This document shows positions 17,616 to 23,947 of a DNA stretch of 23,947 nt, piece by piece; the stretch's first letter is position 1, and each line of letters begins with the position of its first letter. The notes under the pieces are model-generated. The model was not told where the DNA came from, made no database searches, and worked only from the letters and a program-made list of their open reading frames with translations. The DNA lies in the NCBI GenBank assembly GCA_041288095.1, contig JBGGMJ010000051.1:1-23947 (forward strand). Direction: 5' to 3'. This stretch comes from Myxococcota bacterium. Lineage in GTDB: Bacteria; Myxococcota; XYA12-FULL-58-9; JALHOP01. The position numbers were made by a program, and so were the translations under genes.

Positions 17616-17644
17616 TTGCACCGTCCCCGTGGTGTAAGCACTAT
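17616..17644 (+). promoter_or_regulatory. Candidate sigma70-type promoter of ahpCD
   Basis: TTGCAC-N17-CACTAT, 53 bp before the ahpC ATG; imperfect -10. Confidence 0.45.
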
Positions 17645-17697
17645 GTGCCTCCACTTTTGTTTGCTCGCCGGATCAGGCGGGCACGGAGATACGAACG

Positions 17698-18234
17698 ATG
17701 TTGACCGTTGGTGACAAGCTCCCGAAGTTCAAGATGCTGGCGACCGTTAGCCTCGATAAGGGCAAGGAGTTCGCCGAGATGACCGAAAAGAGCCACGAAG
17801 GCAAATGGCTCGTCCTCTTCTACTGGCCCAAGGATTTCACCTTCATCTGCCCCACCGAGATCGCCGAATTCGGCCGCATGAACAAGGACTTCAAGGCGCG
17901 TGACGCGCAGGTCTTAGGCGCCTCGACCGACAGCGAGTTCGTGCACCTCGCCTGGCGCAACAACCACAAGGATCTGAAGGACCTGCCCTTCCCGATGCTC
18001 GCCGACATCAAGCGCGAGCTCGCTCAGGACCTCGGCATCCTCCACAAGTCGGAGGGCGTCGCCTTGCGCGCCACCTTCATCGTCGACCCCGAGGGCACGA
18101 TCCGTTGGGTCAGCGTCAACGACCTTTCGGTTGGTCGTAACGTCAAGGAAGTCATCCGCACCCTCGACGGCTTGCAGACCGACGAGCTCTGCCCCTGCAA
18201 CTGGGAGAAGGGTCAGGCGACCCTCAACCCATGA
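17698..18234 (+). CDS. ahpC: Alkyl hydroperoxide reductase C (AhpD-partnered type)
   Basis: WPKDFTFICPTE and C-terminal ELCPCNW; GGAGA RBS. Confidence 0.96.
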   Translation: MLTVGDKLPKFKMLATVSLDKGKEFAEMTEKSHEGKWLVLFYWPKDFTFICPTEIAEFGRMNKDFKARDAQVLGASTDSEFVHLAWRNNHKDLKDLPFPMLADIKRELAQDLGILHKSEGVALRATFIVDPEGTIRWVSVNDLSVGRNVKEVIRTLDGLQTDELCPCNWEKGQATLNP

Positions 18235-18752
18235 GCAACATCGAAGCACTCCGCGACGCGCTGCCCGACGCCGCGGCGGACATCCGGCTGAACCTGCAAT
18301 CGGTGCTCGACTCCTCGTCGCTCAACGATGCGCAGCGCTGGATGGTCGCCGTGGCGAGCGCGCTCGCGGCGCGCAACCCCAAGTTGCGCGAGGCCGTCCT
18401 GGCCGATGCGTCCACGAAAGTGTCCACCGAGATCCTCGAGGACGCCAAGGCGGCCGCGGCGCTCATGGCCATGAACAACGTCTACTATCGTTTCCGTCAT
18501 TTCATGGAGACGAAAGAGGTCTACAAGACGCTGCGCGCCGGGTTGCGCATGAACCGCATCGCCAAGCCGCTGTCGAACAAGATCGACTTCGAGCTGGCCT
18601 GTCTCGCGGTGAGCGCTATCAACGGTTGCGAAGCCTGCGTGCGCAGCCACGAAGAGGTGGTCATCAAGGGCGGTCTCACCGAAGAGAACGTCAACGACGC
18701 GGTGCGCATCGCGGCGACGATGCACGCGGCGGCTCAAGCCCTGGAGCTGTGA
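18231..18752 (+). CDS. ahpD: Alkyl hydroperoxide reductase D
   Basis: AAALMAMNNVYYRF, LRMN, SAINGCEAC..SHE; ATGA overlap with ahpC. Confidence 0.96.
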   Translation: MSNIEALRDALPDAAADIRLNLQSVLDSSSLNDAQRWMVAVASALAARNPKLREAVLADASTKVSTEILEDAKAAAALMAMNNVYYRFRHFMETKEVYKTLRAGLRMNRIAKPLSNKIDFELACLAVSAINGCEACVRSHEEVVIKGGLTEENVNDAVRIAATMHAAAQALEL

Positions 18753-18758
18753 GAGTCG

Positions 18759-18793
18759 AGAGCTCGCGCCACCACGAGGGCGGCGCGGGCTCT
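18759..18793. terminator. GC-rich hairpin between convergent ahpD and cyclase genes
   Basis: AGAGCTCGCGCC (18759-18770) pairs with GGCGCGGGCTCT (18782-18793), one G-U pair; no U tract. Confidence 0.45.
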
Positions 18794-20093
18794 ACTCGAG
18801 CGCTTTGATGGTCTCGGCTGCCTCTTTTTGCAGGCAACCGTTCTTGAACGAGTTGATGAAACCATCACTCGCGAGCTCCTTGAGCTGCGGCAAGGCGGCC
18901 TTGGTTTCGTGCTCGCGGACCTTCTTCACCGCGGCGAGCCGCTGACTGCAGTCGGGAGCTTCCTTCAAGTCCGCTAAAGCGGTCTGCTCCTCGTCGATGC
19001 GATCACCTTCACCGGTCTGCGCCAGGACTTCGTTCGCCCGGCGACGTCCCCAATAACCCGGCTGGCGGCTGCGCTCGACCAAGGCGCTCGTCGCCACGCC
19101 GTTCGGGTAGGCCACGAGGACGTCCTGCGCCGGCTTCCCCACCGACGTCAGGGCGTCGACGAGGTTCCTCACCAAGCGGGGATCGTCGCGTAGCGAGCCG
19201 TCGGCGGCGAGCGCTCGCTCGTAAGCCTTGATGCCGCTCTGGCGATTGCCGCGGGCAAAGGCGACGTGGCCCGAGACCAAGAGCGCCTCGGGGTCGTTGG
19301 GGTCGTCGACCAGACGCTCCTGCGCCTTGGCGTCGGCCTCGGCAATGCGGCCGGCGGCGAGCAGCTGCTCGGCCTCACCCCGCACCGAGCCACAAGCGCG
19401 CGGCACCAGAACGGCGAGCAGCCCAACCAAGGCAACGGCGGCGACGACCGGCACCACTTTGCGCGGGGGCAACTTCCCGACCACGGCGCGCGCCTGAGCG
19501 GTGGCGTGGACGATGGCCTGGCCCCTGGCCGTGACGGAGCGGTGCAAGCCGCCGAACGGCAACGAGGTGTCGCCGCTCTTGAAGGGCACCACGCGATACA
19601 CCGTGACCGGCTCGGGGATTCCCTTGAGCTCGTGGGTCCCGACGCGCTCGTTCGGCACCTCGGCCTTGGTCATGGCGAGGTAGACCGACTCGCTGAAATA
19701 GACCTCATCGGCGGGCGTCAGCGCCTCGATGCGCGCCGCGATGTTGACCGGCTCGCCGAAAACGTCGCCCTTCTCGACTCGTACCTCACCCTGGTTCAGG
19801 GCGACGCGGACGTGCATGGCGCCCTCGGGCGGCATCGCCTTGTTGTGCGCGTGCAAGGCGTCCTGCACGGCCATACCGCAGCGGACGGCGTCGGTCGGCG
19901 ATGTGAAGACCACCAGCAAGGCGTCGCCGATCGACTTGATCCGCCGGCCACCGAAGTGGCTGACGATGGGCAGCAGGAGGTCGTCGTGGGCCTTCAGCAT
20001 CGCGGCGTTCTCGGCGCGCGACTGCTGGGACGTGCGGGCCGTAAAGCCCGCGATGTCCGTGAACATGATGGTGAGGGTCTGCGACCGTGCCAC
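18792..20093 (-). CDS. Class III adenylate cyclase: N-terminal catalytic domain, one TM helix, C-terminal TPR/HEAT-like region
   Basis: MFTDIAGFT, KSIGDA, GDVFGEPVNIAARIE (both metal Asp, ATP-specifying Lys/Asp, Asn/Arg); TM VVPVVAAVALVGLLAVLV; TPR-like DPNDPEALLVSG...AYERAL. Confidence 0.88.
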   Translation of the reverse strand: MARSQTLTIMFTDIAGFTARTSQQSRAENAAMLKAHDDLLLPIVSHFGGRRIKSIGDALLVVFTSPTDAVRCGMAVQDALHAHNKAMPPEGAMHVRVALNQGEVRVEKGDVFGEPVNIAARIEALTPADEVYFSESVYLAMTKAEVPNERVGTHELKGIPEPVTVYRVVPFKSGDTSLPFGGLHRSVTARGQAIVHATAQARAVVGKLPPRKVVPVVAAVALVGLLAVLVPRACGSVRGEAEQLLAAGRIAEADAKAQERLVDDPNDPEALLVSGHVAFARGNRQSGIKAYERALAADGSLRDDPRLVRNLVDALTSVGKPAQDVLVAYPNGVATSALVERSRQPGYWGRRRANEVLAQTGEGDRIDEEQTALADLKEAPDCSQRLAAVKKVREHETKAALPQLKELASDGFINSFKNGCLQKEAAETIKALE

Positions 20094-20103
20094 GGTCGCC
20101 GAT

Positions 20104-20898
20104 CTAGAAGATTTGCAGCTCGCCCACCAGACCTGTCGAGATGCGCCACTCGTCGTCGAGGTAAATAGGCAGGGCCTCGACCCCGATGCGCAAGGCGGCG
20201 ATGTCCTTGCGTTGGTAGACGGTCACGCCGGCTCGCAGCGACATGCCGACGCCCGCCCTACCTTGGGTGTCGTGGAAATCGCCGTCGTCGGTGTCTTCGA
20301 CGGAGAGGCGAACGGTCTCCAAGTTGCCGGCGAGCCCGACGCCGGCCGCGAGCATGAAGCGGTCGATGGGGAAGAACTGGATCTGCGGGCCGATGAAATA
20401 CGTGGCGCGTCCGTGATAGCGGACCGCATCGCGGTCCTCGCCGTCGGCGAACACGATCTCGTTCTCGTTGTCGTCCACCGACGAGGCGACGATGCGCAGC
20501 AAGAGCGCCGTCTGATCGTTCAAGAAGTAGCCGATGCTGCCGCCGAAGGCGCCGGCCACGCGTCGGTCGCTATCGATGTATTCGGTGGTGTAATGCACGC
20601 CGGCGCCGAGCTCGAACGTGAAGCCTTCGCGCTTGATCGGGTTCCTCTGCTCGTCGCTCTCGGCTTTCCCCTCGACCATGGGGGGCGGCACCGCCCTGGC
20701 CTCGGTCTTTTCGACCACGGCTTCGTGCGCCTCGTTCATGTCGTTCGAGAGCTGCTGCTGCTCGTTTGCCGGGGCGCTGGGAGAGCCCTCGGCACGCGCC
20801 GCCTCGGCGTCGACGTCGTTCATGATCTGCGCTTCGCCCGCGAATGCCGGGAAGCTCGCGCCGGCGATCAACGCCGCCACCATCATCGATGCCTTCAT
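20104..20898 (-). CDS. Putative outer-membrane beta-barrel protein
   Basis: AGGAG RBS before ATG 20898; signal peptide ending AFA; alternating hydrophobic strands; C-terminal GELQIF with terminal Phe. Confidence 0.7.
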   Translation of the reverse strand: MKASMMVAALIAGASFPAFAGEAQIMNDVDAEAARAEGSPSAPANEQQQLSNDMNEAHEAVVEKTEARAVPPPMVEGKAESDEQRNPIKREGFTFELGAGVHYTTEYIDSDRRVAGAFGGSIGYFLNDQTALLLRIVASSVDDNENEIVFADGEDRDAVRYHGRATYFIGPQIQFFPIDRFMLAAGVGLAGNLETVRLSVEDTDDGDFHDTQGRAGVGMSLRAGVTVYQRKDIAALRIGVEALPIYLDDEWRISTGLVGELQIF

Positions 20899-20952
20899 GG
20901 GAACCGCTCCTGTGTTGCCTGCGACGCCGAAGCTTCGCCCTTCATTCACCCA

Positions 20953-20968
20953 CGTGACCTACATCACG
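20953..20968. promoter_or_regulatory. CRP-like binding site
   Basis: CGTGA-CCTACA-TCACG, symmetric, 8/10 match to TGTGA-N6-TCACA, in a divergent intergenic region. Confidence 0.5.
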
Positions 20969-21004
20969 CGTGCAAGCTTTGGAAACGCCGCGTAAAATGC
21001 CCCG

Positions 21005-21859
21005 GTGCCGACCACCGCGCCGCGTCAGACCCGTTGTGAGAGTTGCGCTCGCGTCTTCGACACCAGCCCCTACAACACCGGCGCGGCGATTTCGTGTCAC
21101 TGCGGGGCCACCATCGTGGTCCGGGACATCACGCCCCACGACAGCCTGGTCATTCGCTGCTCGTCCTGTGGCGGCTCCCGGCCAACCAAGGCCGACGCCT
21201 GCGGCTTCTGCGGCGCCTCATTCACCTTGCGTGACAAGCAGCTCACCGGCCTTTGCTCCGGCTGCGGCGCCCGCGCCAGCGCCACCGACATCTACTGCCG
21301 CGCTTGCGGCGACACCTTGGTCTCTCCCGAGCAGGCGGCCCACCCCGGCGAGAAGAGCTGCCCGGTCTGCGCGGACCATCCGGCTCTGCACCACCGAGAG
21401 CTGCAAGACGTGGCGCTGCTCGAGTGTGTCCACTGCGGCGGAGTGTGGCTCGACCGTCATGCGTTCGGCGCGCTGGCAAGTAGAGCGCGGGAGCATGCAC
21501 GGCTGGAGAGCGCGCACAACCCCAAGATCCCGTCGAACGTGCGCCCGCAAGCCGGGCCGGCATACCGCCGCTGCATCGAGTGTGACGCCGTGATGCAACG
21601 CAAGAACTACGGTCGCAAAAGCGGAGTCATCGTCGACATCTGCGCCAAGCACGGCATGTGGTTCGACCTGCACGAGCTCGAGGAGGTCCTCGCCTGGCTA
21701 CGCGGGGGTGGCGTCGAGGTCAAAGATCCACCACCGGCTCACCGCTCGGAGAACATCACCAAGATGGTGAGCAGCCAGACGCCCCAGCCCAGCGGCGACG
21801 GCATCTTGAGCGTCGGCGACTTGATCGTCGACATCCTGCACTCCTTCTTCTTCCGCTAG
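21005..21859 (+). CDS. Multi-zinc-ribbon protein (double-zinc-ribbon-like plus two zf-TFIIB-like domains)
   Basis: CESC, CHC, CSSC, CGFC, CSGC, CRAC, CPVC, CVHCGGVWLD, CIEC, CAKHGMWFD..EL. Confidence 0.8.
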   Translation: MPTTAPRQTRCESCARVFDTSPYNTGAAISCHCGATIVVRDITPHDSLVIRCSSCGGSRPTKADACGFCGASFTLRDKQLTGLCSGCGARASATDIYCRACGDTLVSPEQAAHPGEKSCPVCADHPALHHRELQDVALLECVHCGGVWLDRHAFGALASRAREHARLESAHNPKIPSNVRPQAGPAYRRCIECDAVMQRKNYGRKSGVIVDICAKHGMWFDLHELEEVLAWLRGGGVEVKDPPPAHRSENITKMVSSQTPQPSGDGILSVGDLIVDILHSFFFR

Positions 21860-23238
21860 CGCGCCTCGGGCTCGACCTCCGCGGGCGTCGAAAGCCCCCA
21901 AGCCTCGAGCTTGCGGTAGAGCGTGCGCCGCTCGATGCCGAGCACCCGCGCCGTCGCCGCTTTGTTGCCATGAAGAGCCGCCAGCACCTTCTCGACGTAG
22001 CGGCGCTCCATGACGTCGAGGCTCACAAGCTCGGCATCGCTGACCGGCACGTTGTGGCCCGCCCGTGGGTGCGCGAGCCTCGGCGGCAAGTCGTCGACGC
22101 CGATCTGGTCGTAGCTCGTCATGATCACGGCGTGCTCCATACAATGCACGAGCTCACGCACGTTCCCCGGCCAGTCGTAAGCGAGCAGCCTCTCGGCGGC
22201 GGCCTTCGACAAGCCTTTCACGTCTTTGTTCTGGGCGCCGGCGAAGCGCAACACCGCGTTGGCGGCAATGGCGAGGATGTCCTCGGCCCCGCGCAAGCGC
22301 AGCGGCGGCAGCGCGATCTCGACCACGGCGATGCGGAAATAGAGGTCGTCGCGGAACTGCTTGGCCGCGATCCGCTCTTCCAAATCGCGGTTGGTGGCGC
22401 AGACGAAGCGCACGTCGATCGGAATCTCCTGTGAGGAGCCGACCGGCCGCACTTTGCGCTCCTGGAGAACACGCAGGAGCTTCGGTTGCAGCTCGATGGC
22501 CATGTCACCGATCTCGTCGAGCAGGACGGTGCCGCCCTGGGCTTCGCGGAAGAGCCCCAAGCGGGCATCGCGCGCATCGGTGAAGGCGCCGCGCACGTGA
22601 CCAAAGAGCTCGCTCTCGAGCAGATGTGGAGGCATGGCGGCGCAGTTCACCGCGAGGAAAGGTCGATCCTTGCGGCCGCTATTGTCGTGGATGGCGCGCG
22701 CGACCACCTCCTTGCCGGTGCCGCTCTCACCCGAGATGAGCACTGACGCCGGCGAGTCGGCCACCCGTCCAACGGCCTCGAGGACGCGCCGCATCGCCGC
22801 GCTCTTGGCGACCAGCGAATGTTCGATACGCGCCTCGCTCGCGACGCGGCGCAAGCGCTGCACCTCCGCCTGCAGCTCGTGATGACGAACCGCGCGCTCG
22901 AGCGCGAAGGCGATGGTGTCGAGGCTCGCGGGCTTCGACAGGAAATCATAGGCCCCGGCGCGTAGGGCGGCGACCGCCGCGTCGAGCGTGCCGAACCCGG
23001 TGAGCAAGATGACGGGCAGGTCGGGCCGGCGGTCCACGATGTCGGCGCAGAGCGCGAGGCCGTCGACCTTGGGCATGCGCACGTCGCAGAGCACCGCCGC
23101 GAACTCGGTCTCCGCCATGGCGTCCAAGGCGTCCGCCGCCGTCGCTACCCAGCGAGGCTCGAAGCCCTTTGACGGCAAGCTCCGCTCCAGCGTACGTCCG
23201 AAATCCTTGTCGTCGTCGACCAACAGAATGCGCTTCAT
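21856..23238 (-). CDS. NtrC-family sigma54-dependent response regulator
   Basis: ATG 23238 overlaps the kinase stop (ATGA); ILLVDDD, LCDVRMP, GESGTGKE, ELFGHVRGAFTDA, LLDEIG, WPGNVREL, Fis HTH. Confidence 0.95.
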   Translation of the reverse strand: MKRILLVDDDKDFGRTLERSLPSKGFEPRWVATAADALDAMAETEFAAVLCDVRMPKVDGLALCADIVDRRPDLPVILLTGFGTLDAAVAALRAGAYDFLSKPASLDTIAFALERAVRHHELQAEVQRLRRVASEARIEHSLVAKSAAMRRVLEAVGRVADSPASVLISGESGTGKEVVARAIHDNSGRKDRPFLAVNCAAMPPHLLESELFGHVRGAFTDARDARLGLFREAQGGTVLLDEIGDMAIELQPKLLRVLQERKVRPVGSSQEIPIDVRFVCATNRDLEERIAAKQFRDDLYFRIAVVEIALPPLRLRGAEDILAIAANAVLRFAGAQNKDVKGLSKAAAERLLAYDWPGNVRELVHCMEHAVIMTSYDQIGVDDLPPRLAHPRAGHNVPVSDAELVSLDVMERRYVEKVLAALHGNKAATARVLGIERRTLYRKLEAWGLSTPAEVEPEAR

Positions 23239-23947
23239 GCCGCGCTCCCGCTTTCCCACCCCGCGCGTGGTAGCGACAGGGTGAAGACGCTGCCGCTCTC
23301 GTCCACCGTGAGCTCGATGGTGCCGTTGTGCGCGGTAGCGATCTCGTATGCGATCGATAGCCCGAGGCCGGTCCCCTCGCCGACGTCTTTCGTCGTGAAG
23401 AAGGGCTCGAAGACGGCCGAGCGGAGGTCTGCCGGCACGCCAGGACCGTGATCGCGGACGGCGAGGTGGAGCTGACCAGCGTCGACGCGCCCCTCGAGAC
23501 GTACCTCGGAGCCACGCGGCGAGGCATCGATGGCGTTCAGAACCAGATTCGCGAGGGCCTGAGACAGCGCCAGGCCGTCCGCCTCGCACGACATCGGCTC
23601 GTCAGGCAGCGACTGAACCAGCGAAACGCCTTTGCTCTGGGCGAGTGCTTCGAGCATGCCGGTGGTCGAGCGGGTAATCTCGCGCAAGTCGACGACTGCT
23701 TTGGCAAGATTGGGGCGTCGCGAGAAGGCGAGGAGCGTCGACACCAATTTGGTCATGCGGTCGCTGGCGAGGTGAATCGCGTCGACCGATTCGGTACCGA
23801 GCTGTGACATGCCTGCCTCGTTCCGCAGGAGGTTCGCGTTCACCACGACCACGTTCAGCGGCGTGCCGAGCTCGTGCGCCATGCCCGAAGCGAGCCGGCC
23901 AACCGTGGAGAGACGGTCGCTGTGGTGGAGCTTGCGCAGGGCTTCCT
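23235..23947 (-). CDS. Sensor histidine kinase, 5'-truncated by the window
   Basis: Frame open to the edge (DRLSTVGRLASGMAHELGTPL H-box); NLVLNAIDA, DHGPG, FEPFFTTK, GTGLGL. Confidence 0.95.
   Translation of the reverse strand, partial: EALRKLHHSDRLSTVGRLASGMAHELGTPLNVVVVNANLLRNEAGMSQLGTESVDAIHLASDRMTKLVSTLLAFSRRPNLAKAVVDLREITRSTTGMLEALAQSKGVSLVQSLPDEPMSCEADGLALSQALANLVLNAIDASPRGSEVRLEGRVDAGQLHLAVRDHGPGVPADLRSAVFEPFFTTKDVGEGTGLGLSIAYEIATAHNGTIELTVDESGSVFTLSLPRAGWESGSAA

Noticed and set aside
17595-17697. Sigma54 promoter for ahpC
   Set aside because: No TGGCAC-N5-TTGC or correctly spaced GG-N10-GC in a consensus context found by eye.
19729-21039. 436-aa plus-strand ORF across the cyclase and barrel genes
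   Set aside because: Antisense to two better-supported genes; no domain signal.
22570-22600. GAFTDA instead of GAFTGA in the NtrC regulator
   Set aside because: A common natural variant; all other motifs are intact.
23239-23589. Apparent N-terminal extension of the NtrC regulator
   Set aside because: Lies within the kinase gene; the ATGA overlap supports ATG 23238.

Overview
High-GC bacterial chromosomal window with dense coding and no RNA genes, CRISPR array or mobile element that I can support. The gene content (Cys/Asp-rich lipoproteins, GAFTDA-type sigma54 regulator, MutS2, AhpCD) suggests Myxococcota/deltaproteobacteria, which is an inference. In order it carries: the 3' part of class Ia nrdA with a very long low-complexity tail linker; four intervening genes (CheD/NTAN1-like putative deamidase, two lipoproteins, an O-methyltransferase); nrdB; zinc-free rpmB-rpmG; mutS2; sodA; a corA-periplasmic protein-bcp operon; tex; a NarL-type regulator coupled to a GAF-AAA+-HTH regulator; ahpC-ahpD; an outer-membrane barrel plus membrane adenylate cyclase operon; a multi-zinc-ribbon protein; and an NtrC-type two-component pair cut by the window end. 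The best candidate for an undescribed system is the regulator divergent from ahpCD, where OxyR usually sits. It has a NorR-like GAF metal site but a degenerate AAA+ domain (no GAFTGA, no loop 2, Walker B lost), and a 16-bp inverted repeat lies next to a sigma70-like ahpC promoter. Second is the barrel-cyclase operon with a CRP-like box upstream. All family calls come from motif recognition by eye; no searches were run.
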